From an uncultured Dehalococcoidaceae bacterium (GTDB taxonomy: Bacteria > Chloroflexota > Dehalococcoidia > Dehalococcoidales > RBG-16-60-22), in contig CAYFHI010000003.1 of NCBI GenBank assembly GCA_964342875.1, positions 1-54,845 on the forward strand: 54,845 nucleotides of DNA, written 5' to 3'. Positions 19,073-30,240 of this stretch are shown one piece after another. Made by a program: the position numbers and the translations under genes. The first letter of the stretch is position 1. Every line of letters starts with the position of its first letter. The notes below the pieces were generated by a model. That model worked only from the letters and a program-made list of their open reading frames with translations. It was not told where the DNA came from and did no database searches.

Positions 19073-19849
19073 ATGCCGGTTATGTGCATTGCCAATCAAA
19101 AAGGCGGGGTGGGTAAGACCACCACGACAGCCGCTTTAGCTGAAGGTTTAAGCGAACAGGGCAAGCGTGTTCTACTAGTTGACTGGGATCCGCAGGGTAG
19201 CCTTACCATTACGATGGGGTTTAATCCGGAGGAACTTAAAATAACTGGCTATGAGCTTATTGCCAGTATCAGCAATAACAGGGGAAATCCCTCTATTAAT
19301 GACGTTACCGTCCGTACCAGTAACCCTAATGTCGACCTTATCCCGGCTAATGTCGAACTGTCACAGGCTGAGCTGGACCTGGTAGGAGCAACCAGCAGGG
19401 AATTAGTGCTGAAGAGGATACTCCAACCGGTACGAAGGTCTTACGACTTCATTCTGGTGGATTGTCTGCCCAGCCTGGGGCTTTTAACCGTTAATGCTTT
19501 ATCGGCGAGTGATAAAGTGTTGATACCGGTGCAAGCCGATTTTCTGGCAATGAAAGGACTTGTGCTCTTACTGGATACAATCATCCGCGTAAAGGACCGG
19601 ATTAACCCGGCGCTTGAGATTTCAGGTATTTTATTCACCATGACCAATATCCGTACCCTTCACAGCAGAGAGGTTATTGAAATGACAAAAAGGATATTCG
19701 TCAGCAGTATCAGAGTTTTTGACACGATTGTGCCCGTTAGTGTGCGCTTCAAGGAAGCCCCGGTCGCCGGTCAATCAATTATTACATATGCCGCTAATGC
19801 GGATGGAGCTAATGCTTACCGACAGCTGGCCAGAGAGGTGATGAAATGA
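19073..19849 (+). CDS. parA: ParA/Soj family Walker-A ATPase (no N-terminal HTH)
   Basis: NQKGGVGKTTT, DWDPQGSLT, DCLPSLGLLTVNAL and SVRFKEAP motifs. Confidence 0.93.
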   Translation: MPVMCIANQKGGVGKTTTTAALAEGLSEQGKRVLLVDWDPQGSLTITMGFNPEELKITGYELIASISNNRGNPSINDVTVRTSNPNVDLIPANVELSQAELDLVGATSRELVLKRILQPVRRSYDFILVDCLPSLGLLTVNALSASDKVLIPVQADFLAMKGLVLLLDTIIRVKDRINPALEISGILFTMTNIRTLHSREVIEMTKRIFVSSIRVFDTIVPVSVRFKEAPVAGQSIITYAANADGANAYRQLAREVMK

Positions 19850-20175
19850 AAAGAGTTCAAATTACCGAGCAACGAGTACTGGGTACCGCCCTGGACCGTC
19901 TTACAGGCGCCAATAATGAGGCACCGCCAACCGAAAAAGAAATCACCCGGCAATCCCGGCCTCCCATGATTAAACTATCTGTATTTCTAAACCGTGACGA
20001 AGACGCTTACCTGGAAAGCCTGGGGTCGGCGGCAAAATTTAGCGGCGGTAAAAAAATCAGTAAAACAAAATTAATTGAAGGAATGGTAAGTGCCTTCCGC
20101 CGCAGCAAACTCGATGTGAGTGGTGTCAGCAGCGATGAGGAGCTACTTAACCGGATAATTGCGCAGTTACGCTGA
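19846..20175 (+). CDS. Small ParA-partner protein, predicted ribbon-helix-helix DNA-binding protein
   Basis: ATGA overlap with parA; N-terminal LGTALDRL; strand IKLSVFL followed by helices RDEDAYLESL and SKTKLIEGMV. Fold assigned by eye. Confidence 0.7.
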   Translation: MKRVQITEQRVLGTALDRLTGANNEAPPTEKEITRQSRPPMIKLSVFLNRDEDAYLESLGSAAKFSGGKKISKTKLIEGMVSAFRRSKLDVSGVSSDEELLNRIIAQLR

Positions 20176-20197
20176 TGTGCATATGCGCATTTACGTA
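20158..20197 (+). repeat. 8-bp-period repeat array 2 at the 3' end of the partner gene
   Basis: ATTGCGCA GTTACGCT GATGTGCA TATGCGCA TTTACGTA. Confidence 0.75.
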
Positions 20198-20246
20198 ACT
20201 TATATTCATAAGAAAAGGAAGTGTTTAGAAAATTTTGAGGCTATCA

Positions 20247-20894
20247 TTACTTCTGGTCAGTCTGATAGTCGAGTAAGAAAACCTGTGTACTTATCGGCAG
20301 ATTTGACTTGGTGACGGATAATTTGGGTTGTGAGCCAATCTGTTCCAACCCCATCTCCTTAAGGAACTGCTCCACGGGTTCTAACTCCCTCTTTATTACC
20401 GGTGTTTTGTAATGCATGGGAATCACCGCCCTAGGCCCCAGCTGGCGGATAACTTCCGTAGCAATGGTCGCGTTGATTGTGGAAACACCGCCTACTGGAA
20501 GCAGCAGCACGTCGACAATATCTATCTCTTCCACCTGCTCAGGAGTAAGTGCATGACCCAAATCACCGAGGTGACATATCTTTACCCCTTCCACCTCCAA
20601 AAGAAAGACAGTGTTTTTCCCCCTTTCTTTACCTCCCTCCAAGTCATGAAAGGTAGCCACACCGATAATTAGTACATTGCCGATTTCATACTCACCGGGC
20701 CCGGTAACCAACCTGGGTTCACCGCCAATATCCTGTACATAAGAATGCGCCGGGTGCTGATGGCTAACGGTTACAATACGGGCTGTTTGCTTGCCGAACG
20801 TATAACCGAGGTCCGGGGGGAAAGGATCGGTAATAATAGTCGCCTGGCTACTTCGAATCTTAAAGCAAGAATGCCCTAACCAGGTAATATCCAC
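20247..20894 (-). CDS. MBL-fold metallo-hydrolase (UlaG/lactamase_B_3-like)
   Basis: ITWLGHSCF, TDPF, SHQHPAH, HLGDLG, PVGG and IPMHY motifs; GTG start inferred. Confidence 0.85.
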   Translation of the reverse strand: MDITWLGHSCFKIRSSQATIITDPFPPDLGYTFGKQTARIVTVSHQHPAHSYVQDIGGEPRLVTGPGEYEIGNVLIIGVATFHDLEGGKERGKNTVFLLEVEGVKICHLGDLGHALTPEQVEEIDIVDVLLLPVGGVSTINATIATEVIRQLGPRAVIPMHYKTPVIKRELEPVEQFLKEMGLEQIGSQPKLSVTKSNLPISTQVFLLDYQTDQK

Positions 20895-21010
20895 GTTGTA
20901 AACTATAGCACAGGTAGGCTTACCAGTCAAGGAAAGAATCAGGTTCCTCTACCAATTTTTTCAATTTCGCTTGACAATATAATTGTAAAAATGGTAAATT
21001 TAAATAAGGA

Positions 21011-21037
21011 TTAGCAGTCTAAGGCTTGGACTGCTAA
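21011..21037 (+). promoter_or_regulatory. CIRCE operator (variant)
   Basis: TTAGCAGTC-N9-GACTGCTAA directly upstream of hrcA; TTGACA at 20971. Confidence 0.92.
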
Positions 21038-21049
21038 TGGGAGGCAGAA

Positions 21050-22066
21050 ATGTTGTCAACCAGAACAGGAACGATACTCAAGTCGATTGTCGGGCAATAT
21101 ATTGATAAGGCAATACCAGTACCTTCGCAGTACATTGCCACTGACCCCGAGTTAATGGTAAGTCCGGCTACTATCCGTAATGAGATGGCACACTTGGAGC
21201 AAGAAGGTTATATTATCCGCCCCCACATTTCAGCCGGAAGCGTCCCCTCGGATAAGGGGTATCGGTATTATGTGGAGTCCTTGGAGAATATCCAGCTCCC
21301 GCAGGCGGAACAGCGTTTTGTCAGCCACCTCTTCCACCAGGTAGAGAAGGAAGTAGAACAGTGGCTAAACCTGGCATCAACCCTGCTAGCTCAGCTGGTG
21401 AAAAATCTGGCGGTAGTTACTCTACCCAAGTCAATGGACTGTAAATTCAAACACATAGAACTGGTCTCCATGCGTGATTCGCTGGCTTTACTCGTTCTCA
21501 TCCTTTATGGAGCTAAAGTGAAACAGAAGCTGATTACCTTTAATGAAGTTGTGACACAGCTTGAATTAACCGCTATTGCCAATAAACTAAATGACTATTA
21601 TTCGGGTCTGGCCGGCGGACAGATAAAAGCTACGGATAAGGAGCTTTCCCAGGCTGAACAGCAGATAACGGATCTGACGGTAGAGATAATGCGTGCTGAA
21701 GACGAGCAGGAGCTTGAAGAGCCTCACCTTGATGGCTTGCATTTTATACTCGGTCAGCCGGAATTTACCGGCGGACATCAAGGCTGTAACCTGATGGAAC
21801 TGGTGGAGCAGAGAAACCTACTGAAAGCAATCATCCCGCACGAGCCGCCCTACTACAGGTTACATATAATCATAGGTAAGGAGAATGAAGCGGAAGCTTT
21901 GCATAATTACAGCGTGGTCCTCAGCCAATATGGCATTCCTGATGAGGCGATGGGGACTCTCGGTGTCATTGGCCCAACCCGCATGGCCTATGCCCATGCC
22001 ATCCCCACGGTAAATTACCTATCCTCGATACTTAGCGAACTTGTGTCCGGGTTATACGGGAAATAA
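21050..22066 (+). CDS. hrcA: Heat-inducible transcription repressor HrcA
   Basis: SPATIRNEMA, PHISAGSVPSDKGYRYYV and GVIGPTRM motifs; adjacent CIRCE. Confidence 0.96.
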   Translation: MLSTRTGTILKSIVGQYIDKAIPVPSQYIATDPELMVSPATIRNEMAHLEQEGYIIRPHISAGSVPSDKGYRYYVESLENIQLPQAEQRFVSHLFHQVEKEVEQWLNLASTLLAQLVKNLAVVTLPKSMDCKFKHIELVSMRDSLALLVLILYGAKVKQKLITFNEVVTQLELTAIANKLNDYYSGLAGGQIKATDKELSQAEQQITDLTVEIMRAEDEQELEEPHLDGLHFILGQPEFTGGHQGCNLMELVEQRNLLKAIIPHEPPYYRLHIIIGKENEAEALHNYSVVLSQYGIPDEAMGTLGVIGPTRMAYAHAIPTVNYLSSILSELVSGLYGK

Positions 22067-22217
22067 ACTCCGGACTATCCCTGCTCATACCCCTCCAGTA
22101 ACAATCAATAAAAGAGCCAATAAAGGAGCATTAAATAGAGACCTGTACCACTGCCGGTAATAACCTCTCTTGATAAATGAGGAGATAGCAAAACGGTAGT
22201 GAAGAATATTATAAGGA

Positions 22218-22775
22218 TTGAAAATGGTAAAACGAGAACCGGAAGATATTACAAATAACGAAGTGGGGCCAGAAGTTGTTGATACCTCTGACTTGAACTC
22301 ATTAAAGCAGGCACTGGACGCAGAAAAGGAAAAAGCGGAGGAGTATCTGGTAAACTGGCAGAGGGCCCTAGCCGACTATATCAATTTAAAACGGCGTAAT
22401 GACCAGGAACGGAAAGACCTGAGCAAGTTTGCCAATTCTGTTTTAATACTCAGCTTACTGCCCACACTGGATGACCTGGAAAGGGCGTTAAGTTCTCTTC
22501 CACCCAAACCGGCCAAATCAGCAGGCTGGATAGACGGCATTAAGCTCATTGAACAAAATCTGAAGACCACTCTGCAATCTCAGGGAGTGACTCCGGTCGA
22601 AGCGATAGGGAAACCGTTTGACCCTAGTTTCCATGAGGCTGTCCGGCAGAATAAGGGCAAAGAAGGGATTATTATTGAGGAGTTACAAAAGGGTTATTTT
22701 TTAAATGATAAACTTCTCAGGCCAAGCGTAGTAGTGGTTGGCAACGGAGAAGAGGAAGAAAAGGAGGATAATTAA
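22218..22775 (+). CDS. grpE: Nucleotide exchange factor GrpE
   Basis: ADYINLKRR, FDPSFHEAV and QKGY...LRPSVVVV motifs. Confidence 0.95.
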   Translation: MKMVKREPEDITNNEVGPEVVDTSDLNSLKQALDAEKEKAEEYLVNWQRALADYINLKRRNDQERKDLSKFANSVLILSLLPTLDDLERALSSLPPKPAKSAGWIDGIKLIEQNLKTTLQSQGVTPVEAIGKPFDPSFHEAVRQNKGKEGIIIEELQKGYFLNDKLLRPSVVVVGNGEEEEKEDN

Positions 22776-24698
22776 ATGGGGAAAGTTATCGGCATTGATC
22801 TGGGCACAACAAACTCAGCGGTATCCGTAATGGAAGGAGGAGAACCGGTAATAATACCAAATGCCGAGGGTGGACGCACCACCCCGTCAATGGTTGCGAT
22901 GGGTAAAGGTGGCGAAAGGTTGGTCGGACAGGTAGCCAAGCGTCAGGCGATAACCAATCCTGATCACACAATTTACAGCATCAAGCGACTTATGGGTCGT
23001 AAATTCGATGAGTCCAGTGTTGAATATGATAAGAAATTACTCCCTTATAAGATTACAAAGGCATCTAATGATGACGCCAAGGTAATAATGAGCGGCAAGG
23101 GGTATACTCCGCCCGAAATATCGGCGATGATTCTGCAAAAATTGAAGACAGATGCCGAAGCTTACCTTGGTGAAAAAGTAACCGAAGCAGTCATCACCGT
23201 ACCCGCATACTTCAACGACAGCCAACGGCAGGCAACCAAAGATGCCGGCAAAGTAGCCGGTCTTGAAGTGCTGCGTATTGTTAACGAGCCTACGGCTGCC
23301 GCTTTAGCCTACGGACTGGACAAAAAGCATGATGAGACCATCGCCGTGTATGACCTCGGCGGCGGTACCTTTGACATATCAATCCTGGAACTGGGTGAAG
23401 GTACTTTCCAGGTTAAATCCACCAACGGCGATACCCACCTCGGTGGTGACGACTTCGACCAGAAGATTATTGACTGGCTATGCGACGAGTTTAAACGCGA
23501 ACAAGGAATAAACCTGAGAGAGGATAAAATGGCGCTGCAAAGGCTGAAAGAAGCAGCAGAAAAAGCTAAAAGCGAGCTGTCAACCGTAGCCCAGACCGAG
23601 GTAAATCTTCCCTTTGTTACCGCCGATGCCAATGGACCCAAACATCTCAATATAACACTCACCCGGGCTAAACTGGAACAGCTTATTATGGACCTAGTCG
23701 AAAGAACCATAGGGCCCTGTAAACAAGCATTAGCCGATGCCGAAAAGACGGCCGCACAGATTGATGAAGTGATTCTGGTCGGCGGGCAGGGCAGGATGCC
23801 CCTAGTGCAGGAGAAAGTAAAACAGTTCTTCGGGAAAGAACCCCATAAGGGCGTCAACCCCGATGAGGTAGTGTCGATAGGCGCCGCCATTCAAGCCGGT
23901 GTGCTCAAAGGAGACGTCAAGGATGTACTGCTGCTTGATGTCACCCCGTTAACCCTGGGCATCGAGACTATGGGAGCGGTATCCACTCCCCTTATACCGC
24001 GTAACACAACGATACCCACTGCCAAGAGCCAGATTTTCAGTACTGCCGCCGATAACCAGCCCGGCGTAGAAGTCCATGTCATCCAGGGAGAACGACCGAT
24101 GGCAACCGACAACAGGACTCTGGGTCGCTTCATGCTTGACGGTATCCTGCCAGCACCACGGGGAGTCCCACAGATTGAGGTTACTTTTGACATTGATGCC
24201 AACGGTATTCTCAGTGTCCGGGCACAGGATAAAGGCACCGGTCGAGAGCAGAAAATCACCATTACCGCCTCCAGTGGTCTCTCCAAGGAAGAAGTGGAAA
24301 AAATGCAGAAAGAAGCCGAAATGCATTCCTCCGAGGATACCAAGCGCCGTGAGGAGATTGAGGCACGCAATGCGGCGGATACCCTGGCTTATACCGCCGA
24401 AAAAACACTGCGCGACAATAAGGAAAAAATACCTGAAGATTTAAACCAAGAAGCGGAGACCAAGATAGCTGCCGTTAAGTCAGCTTTACAGGGTACCGAT
24501 ACTGACGCCATCAACCAGTCGAGCCAAGAATTAAACGAGACTATGCAGAAGATCGGCTCGGCTGTCTACCAGCAACAGCCTCCTCCGGGAACAGAAACGC
24601 CACCGGGTGAGGAACCTCCACCCGGCGGTGAGCCGCCACCTAGCGAGGAAAGTGGCGGCGGAGAAGAAACCGTAGAGGGCGAGTTCAGAGAAGTGTAA
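22776..24698 (+). CDS. dnaK: Chaperone DnaK
   Basis: [17 protein letters not shown] and DLGGGTFD motifs; Pro-rich tail ending VEGEFREV. Confidence 0.98.
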   Translation: MGKVIGIDLGTTNSAVSVMEGGEPVIIPNAEGGRTTPSMVAMGKGGERLVGQVAKRQAITNPDHTIYSIKRLMGRKFDESSVEYDKKLLPYKITKASNDDAKVIMSGKGYTPPEISAMILQKLKTDAEAYLGEKVTEAVITVPAYFNDSQRQATKDAGKVAGLEVLRIVNEPTAAALAYGLDKKHDETIAVYDLGGGTFDISILELGEGTFQVKSTNGDTHLGGDDFDQKIIDWLCDEFKREQGINLREDKMALQRLKEAAEKAKSELSTVAQTEVNLPFVTADANGPKHLNITLTRAKLEQLIMDLVERTIGPCKQALADAEKTAAQIDEVILVGGQGRMPLVQEKVKQFFGKEPHKGVNPDEVVSIGAAIQAGVLKGDVKDVLLLDVTPLTLGIETMGAVSTPLIPRNTTIPTAKSQIFSTAADNQPGVEVHVIQGERPMATDNRTLGRFMLDGILPAPRGVPQIEVTFDIDANGILSVRAQDKGTGREQKITITASSGLSKEEVEKMQKEAEMHSSEDTKRREEIEARNAADTLAYTAEKTLRDNKEKIPEDLNQEAETKIAAVKSALQGTDTDAINQSSQELNETMQKIGSAVYQQQPPPGTETPPGEEPPPGGEPPPSEESGGGEETVEGEFREV

Positions 24699-24727
24699 AA
24701 GCAACTAATACACATGGGAGTCATTTA

Positions 24728-24760
24728 AGTGGGGCTTTAAGCCCCACTCTTCCTTTTTCT
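24728..24760 (+). terminator. Rho-independent terminator after dnaK
   Basis: AGTGGGGCT-TTA-AGCCCCACT followed by CTTCCTTTTT. Confidence 0.8.
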
Positions 24761-24824
24761 TTGTTATCTTTTCACACCCTGCCACTCTCACAGTATCCAT
24801 CGCTTATCCAGTAGTCTTGAACAT

Positions 24825-24888
24825 TTTACGTATATACGATTTTGCGCAATTACTCATTAACACATATGCGTATGTACTTGCTTCTGCA
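24825..24888 (+). repeat. 8-bp-period repeat array 3 (dnaK-radical SAM intergenic region)
   Basis: TTTACGTA TATACGAT TTTGCGCA ATTACTCA TTAACACA TATGCGTA TGTACTTG CTTCTGCA. Confidence 0.75.
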
Positions 24889-24949
24889 TATTCCCTTATT
24901 TGCGCCTGAGCATATCTAACGACTATACTTTAAGGGGTGGAGGCGCACA

Positions 24950-26779
24950 TTGCTTGACAACGAAATACTTCATAACGTTACCAAGCCGGCACGCTATACC
25001 GGCGGCGAATGGAACAGCATTGTTAAAGACTGGGACAGAACTAATGTCAGGATAACTCTCAGCTTTCCTGACCGGTATGAAATAGGGATGTCCAATATGG
25101 CTCTACCCATTCTCTATGAGCTGCTGAATAGCCAGCCGGATGTCCTTGCGGAGAGGGTCTACGCACCCTGGGTGGATATGGAAGCGGCAATGCGTGAGAG
25201 GGAAATTCCCCTCTGCAGTCTTGAATCAGGGCACCCCCTGAAGGATTTTGATGTCATCGGTTTCTTACTGGGCTTTGAACTTACCTATACCAACGTATTG
25301 AATATGCTCGACCTGGCTCAAATACCGGTCTTGGCTTCGGATAGAGATGATACCTATCCGGTCATAATTGCCGGGGGTAGCTGCACCCTTAATCCGGAAC
25401 CGATGTCCGACTTCATAGATTTTTTTGTCATCGGCGAAGGAGAGGAGGTCACCCTTGAGTTACTGGAAACCTTACGTGCCTGGAAGAAAAAAGGCACCAA
25501 AAACCAGCTCCTGCGCCAAGTGGCTCAAATCCCCGGCGTCTACGTACCCTGCCTGTATAACGTAGAATACCATCCTGACGGACTGCTTAAGAGTTTCGAA
25601 CCGGCTGACGCTGCCGCTAAACCTGTCATACAGCGCCGAATAGTAACCAAACTTCCCCCACCCCCAACTAGGCCGGTAGTCCCGTTTATTGAGGTTATCC
25701 ACGACCGTGGAGCCATAGAGATTCAGCGAGGATGCAGTCGCGGGTGCCGTTTCTGCCAGGCAGGGACCATATATCGCCCGGTGCGGGAGCGACCTCCCGG
25801 AGAGGTACTGCAGGCAGCCGGAGAGATTATCAGCAACTGCGGGTATGATGAAATCTCCTTGGTATCATTAAGCACCAGTGATTATACATACATTGAAGAG
25901 CTGGTTACCAACCTCTCCCGGAATCACCCCCAGATTTCCATCTCACTACCCAGCCTCCGCATTGACAATTTTTCCATCAGATTAATGAGTTCACTACCAG
26001 CGCATGCCAGGACTGGACTCACCTTTGCTCTGGAAGCGGGCAGCCAGCGACTACGTCAGGTCATCAATAAAAATATCCCTGAAGAGAAGCTTCTGGATAC
26101 GGTGGCTGGCGCGGTTGCCCGGGGCTGGACAACCCTCAAGTTATATTTTATGCTTGGTCTACCTACGGAAACCATTGATGATATAGAAACCATCGTCCAG
26201 CTCATCGAAAAGGTCCGCCTGGTCAGCCGAGAGAAGAGCGGCAGGAAACCACAAATAAGAATCAGCGCATCAACCTTTGTTCCCAAACCCCACACACCCT
26301 TTCAATGGGTCGCCCAAGCAAACGAACATGAGCTAAGCGCCCGGCACGAAATTCTTAAGCAGAAATTACCCCGGAAAGGGATAAAGCTATCCTGGCAGGA
26401 CCCACGACTCAGTTTACTTGAAGCTGTATTGTCAAGGGGTGATCGGCGGCTGGGGAAGGTCATTCATCGCGCCTGGCAGTTGGGTAGCACCTTTGATGCC
26501 TGGGATGAGTGCCTTAATTATGCAAACTGGCTCCGCGCTTTTGAAGAAACCGGCCTTGAACCCGGGTTTTACGCCTGGCGAGACCGCTCCTTGAATGAAT
26601 TACTGCCCTGGTCCCACATCGATTCCGGAGTAACCGTGAATTTCCTGAAAAAAGAATATCAGCGTGCTATACGGGGTAAGGAAACCGTTGACTGTCGTGA
26701 TAACACATGTAGCGCCTGTGGACTTCAGAAACGGCAACCGGAATATCCGCAAAAGCTCAAGGATTCAAAGATAACATAA
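24950..26779 (+). CDS. TIGR03960-type radical SAM protein
   Basis: KPARYTGGEWN, FPDRYEIGMSN, EIQRGCSRGCRFCQAG, FVPKPHTPFQW and C-terminal DCR...CSACG. Confidence 0.9.
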   Translation: MLDNEILHNVTKPARYTGGEWNSIVKDWDRTNVRITLSFPDRYEIGMSNMALPILYELLNSQPDVLAERVYAPWVDMEAAMREREIPLCSLESGHPLKDFDVIGFLLGFELTYTNVLNMLDLAQIPVLASDRDDTYPVIIAGGSCTLNPEPMSDFIDFFVIGEGEEVTLELLETLRAWKKKGTKNQLLRQVAQIPGVYVPCLYNVEYHPDGLLKSFEPADAAAKPVIQRRIVTKLPPPPTRPVVPFIEVIHDRGAIEIQRGCSRGCRFCQAGTIYRPVRERPPGEVLQAAGEIISNCGYDEISLVSLSTSDYTYIEELVTNLSRNHPQISISLPSLRIDNFSIRLMSSLPAHARTGLTFALEAGSQRLRQVINKNIPEEKLLDTVAGAVARGWTTLKLYFMLGLPTETIDDIETIVQLIEKVRLVSREKSGRKPQIRISASTFVPKPHTPFQWVAQANEHELSARHEILKQKLPRKGIKLSWQDPRLSLLEAVLSRGDRRLGKVIHRAWQLGSTFDAWDECLNYANWLRAFEETGLEPGFYAWRDRSLNELLPWSHIDSGVTVNFLKKEYQRAIRGKETVDCRDNTCSACGLQKRQPEYPQKLKDSKIT

Positions 26780-26819
26780 AGTAGGAAGCTGTCAGAGAAG
26801 TACCGGAGGTTTCTGCTTT

Positions 26820-29249
26820 CTAATTACCGGGTTCAAATGCGGCAATGGCCACCACTTTATCGCGCTTACCGGTTCTCATTATCCTAACCCCCTGAGTGCT
26901 TCTTCCCTGAACCGAAATACCCTTAACCGGAATGCATTCCACAATCCCTTCAGCGGATATTATCATCAGTTGTTCGGGCTGTGTGACCACCTGCGCGGTG
27001 GCTACACTCCCCGCTTTTTCAACAATATTGAAAGTCCTTACTCCCTGTCCGCCACGGTGCTGCCGCGGGTATTGCGCTACAGGAGTGAGTTTACCTAGGC
27101 CTCCTTCAGCCACCACCAGCAGGAAACCATCCTCTGAAGCCTTATCCATACTAACCACTCTGTCTCCGGATGCTAGGCGGATGGCCCGTACACCGCCGCT
27201 TGTCCTAGAACTTGCTCTTATTTCCGAAACGGCAAACTTGATTGATTTCCCTTTCCGGGTAACCAATATCACATCTTCCTGATCTGTTGCCAGACAGGCT
27301 GATATTAACTCATCGCCCTTTTCCAAGTCCATAGTAATAAGTCCGCTGCTCCGAACCGATGCAAATTTACTTACTGCCGTCCTCTTTATCTCTCCCTTGG
27401 CAGTAGCCATTACCAGAAAGGCTTCCGACATAAACCCGGTCACGGCTATCATCGCCGTAACCCTTTCATTCTCAGCCACGGTGATTAGATTAATCACCGC
27501 CAAGCCTTTTGCCGTCCGCGAGCTGCCGGCAGGGATTTCATAGCATTTAAGATAGAAAACTTTTCCACGGTTGGTAAAGAAATACAGGTCATCATGGGTA
27601 TCGCCAACAGTTAAAATCCTGACGGCATCTTCTTCCCTGGTTACCACGCCGATAATGCCTTTACCGCCACGGTGCTGCGGGGTATAAGTACGAGACGGAA
27701 TTCTCTTAATAAATCCACGCTCGCTGAGCGTCACGACAACTCTCTGGTGTGGAATGAGGTCTTCTTCACTGAATTCCAGCACGCCCTGCTCCATTAACTG
27801 GGTCCGGCGGGCGTCTCCATATTTAGACTTTAATTCCTCCACGTCCTCTTTTATCAGGAGTAATACTTTTTTAGGGTTTGCCAGCAGGTCTTCCAGATAG
27901 GCAATCGTCTTAATCACTGCCGCGTATTCGTCAAGTATTTTCTGCCTTTCCAGGTTCGCCAGGCGCCGTAATTGCGTATCAAGAATCGCCTGCGCCTGCG
28001 CTTGGCTTAACTCAAAATCAGTCATAAGGTTTTTACGGGCTGTGTCGACAGTTTCAGATTTCCGGATTGTGGCAATCACAGCATCGATATTGTCTAAAGC
28101 AATTCTCAGTCCCTCCAGGATATGAGCCCTTGTTTTGGCTGCTTTCAACTCGAATTTGCAGCGCCGTATGATAACTTTATAACGGAAATCTATGTAGTAC
28201 TTCAGTGCCTCTTTAAGATTGATGACCCTGGGCTGCCCGTCAACCAGAGCCAGCATATTCACGAAGAAAGACGACTGCATGGCAGTATATTTGTAGAGAT
28301 TATTAAGCAGCCTCTCCGGCTGAGTCTCTCTCTTTAGCTCGATGACAACCCGCATTCCTTGGCGATCTGATTCATCTCTTAATTCACTGATACCCTCTAT
28401 TTTTTTACTCTTGACAAGCCCGGCAATATTTTCTATCAGGGCTGCCTTATTCGTCTGGTAAGGCAGCTCACTGATAATAATCTGGCGGCGTTCAGAACCC
28501 GTGATGGTTCCAACGTGAGCCTTAGCCCGAATCACAACTTTACCATGACCGGTGGCATAGGCATTTTTTATCCCTTCATACCCCATAATAATACCCGCAG
28601 TGGGGAAATCAGGTCCCTTAATAAACTGGGTCAGCTCATCAATAGTGGCTTTATTATTATCAATAAAATAGGAAACAGCCTCACAGACCTCCGTGAGATT
28701 ATGCGGAGGTATGTTAGTTGCCATCCCCACGGCAATCCCGGAGCCGCCATTAAGCAGCAGATTGGGCAACCGGGTAGGCAAAACCACAGGCTCCTTCAAA
28801 CTATCATCAAAGTTTGGCCTAAAGCCGATGGTATCTTTTTCAATATCAACTAGCATCTCTTCAGCTATCTTCGACAGGCGCGCTTCAGTGTAACGCATCG
28901 CCGCCGGAGGGTCATCATCAACACTGCCAAAATTACCCTGCCCGTCAACCAGAGGGTAGCGCATTGAAAATCCCTGAGCCATGCGCACCATAGCATCATA
29001 CACGGAGGTATCACCGTGAGGATGATACTTACCTAAAACCTCACCAACTATCCGGGCACTCTTCTTATGGGGGCCACTGTGTCTCAATCCCATATCATTC
29101 ATCGCATAAAGTATACGCCGATGCACCGGTTTTAATCCGTCCCTAGCATCCGGTAAGGCACGTGAGACGATAACGCTCATAGCATAATCAAGGTAAGATG
29201 TCCTCATCTCATCTTCTATATTTATCGGTTTAACCGTTCCTAAAACCAT
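26820..29249 (-). CDS. gyrA: DNA gyrase subunit A
   Basis: [29 protein letters not shown] and GyrA-box QHRGGKG. Confidence 0.98.
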   Translation of the reverse strand: MVLGTVKPINIEDEMRTSYLDYAMSVIVSRALPDARDGLKPVHRRILYAMNDMGLRHSGPHKKSARIVGEVLGKYHPHGDTSVYDAMVRMAQGFSMRYPLVDGQGNFGSVDDDPPAAMRYTEARLSKIAEEMLVDIEKDTIGFRPNFDDSLKEPVVLPTRLPNLLLNGGSGIAVGMATNIPPHNLTEVCEAVSYFIDNNKATIDELTQFIKGPDFPTAGIIMGYEGIKNAYATGHGKVVIRAKAHVGTITGSERRQIIISELPYQTNKAALIENIAGLVKSKKIEGISELRDESDRQGMRVVIELKRETQPERLLNNLYKYTAMQSSFFVNMLALVDGQPRVINLKEALKYYIDFRYKVIIRRCKFELKAAKTRAHILEGLRIALDNIDAVIATIRKSETVDTARKNLMTDFELSQAQAQAILDTQLRRLANLERQKILDEYAAVIKTIAYLEDLLANPKKVLLLIKEDVEELKSKYGDARRTQLMEQGVLEFSEEDLIPHQRVVVTLSERGFIKRIPSRTYTPQHRGGKGIIGVVTREEDAVRILTVGDTHDDLYFFTNRGKVFYLKCYEIPAGSSRTAKGLAVINLITVAENERVTAMIAVTGFMSEAFLVMATAKGEIKRTAVSKFASVRSSGLITMDLEKGDELISACLATDQEDVILVTRKGKSIKFAVSEIRASSRTSGGVRAIRLASGDRVVSMDKASEDGFLLVVAEGGLGKLTPVAQYPRQHRGGQGVRTFNIVEKAGSVATAQVVTQPEQLMIISAEGIVECIPVKGISVQGRSTQGVRIMRTGKRDKVVAIAAFEPGN

Positions 29250-29264
29250 ATGCGGTTGAACCCC

Positions 29265-30083
29265 CTATTCTTCATCATTCCCTGTATCATCTTCGGTATC
29301 GCCAGACTCTGCCGGCAATACTTCCACCTCCCCTCCGCCAATTATAGTATATCCGGACTCTCCATTTGCATCGCCCTCGTAGTCAGTCTCCAGCTTCAAT
29401 ATTCTATCGCTGACCAGGGGCCGAACCTCCTCCAGACCCCTCGGGGGAAATGAAAGGAACCCAGCCTGGCTTGGATCCTGGTATACCTCTCGAATAATAA
29501 TAAGGAGCATATCTTCATTTGAACTCATCACCGCAGCAGTATACTTGTTACCACCCCGTATTAATTTTATTAATCTCTGAGAATATCTGGGGCTAACTCT
29601 CCCCAGATATTCTCCCCGTATATTTTCTACAATTAAATTAGACGCATCTATTTGTAAGTTTACGCTATCGCCGGCTAACATCTTAGCCAGCACTTCTTTA
29701 GGTGCCAGGTCATGAAGATACGCTTCACCAGCCTTGCCTATCTCTTTAATAAAGTGTTGTGGACCAACTTTATGAGATTCACTCTCTGCATCCGCCTGTG
29801 CTTCATTTAGATAGCTTAAACGCTGCAGGTTCTTTTTAGTAATAGCGTTATAGGGATCAAAAACCGCAGCCCGACTGTAGGCTTCCCTTGCCTGCGAATA
29901 TTCCCCCAGATTCATATGAGCTCTACCCAGACGATTATGGGCTTCCACATCACTAGGAAAGCTGTCAATTATATCTTTATTCACCTTAACGGCCTCACGC
30001 CACTGGCCCTGCATTGCCAAGGCTATCGCCTGCTGACTGCGCTGCCGCCTCAGTCTCGATAATTTCTCTTCGTTTTGCGTCAT
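29265..30083 (-). CDS. Tetratricopeptide-repeat protein
   Basis: DVEAHNRLGRAHMNLGEYSQAREAYSRA TPR unit; acidic tail. Confidence 0.8.
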   Translation of the reverse strand: MTQNEEKLSRLRRQRSQQAIALAMQGQWREAVKVNKDIIDSFPSDVEAHNRLGRAHMNLGEYSQAREAYSRAAVFDPYNAITKKNLQRLSYLNEAQADAESESHKVGPQHFIKEIGKAGEAYLHDLAPKEVLAKMLAGDSVNLQIDASNLIVENIRGEYLGRVSPRYSQRLIKLIRGGNKYTAAVMSSNEDMLLIIIREVYQDPSQAGFLSFPPRGLEEVRPLVSDRILKLETDYEGDANGESGYTIIGGGEVEVLPAESGDTEDDTGNDEE

Positions 30084-30240
30084 TTACAGCTCCGAAATCA
30101 ATCTTAACAATATATTTTACCCCAACTAAAAAAGCTTAACAAGAGGGTGCAGTCACGAAATTATTTTTAGTTTGACAAATTATTACAGATATCGTTAATA
30201 TTAAATAGAAGGACTTGATTCACACCTAAGGAGATTATCC

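Noticed and set aside
19073-20175. parA operon as evidence of an integrated plasmid or prophage
   Set aside because: No integrase, rep, transfer or phage genes or att repeats nearby, and matching repeat arrays lie among core genes. A remote mobile ancestry is not excluded.
23309-24370. Long minus-strand ORFs (193 and 159 aa) within dnaK
   Set aside because: Well-known antisense shadow frames of dnaK; no independent support.
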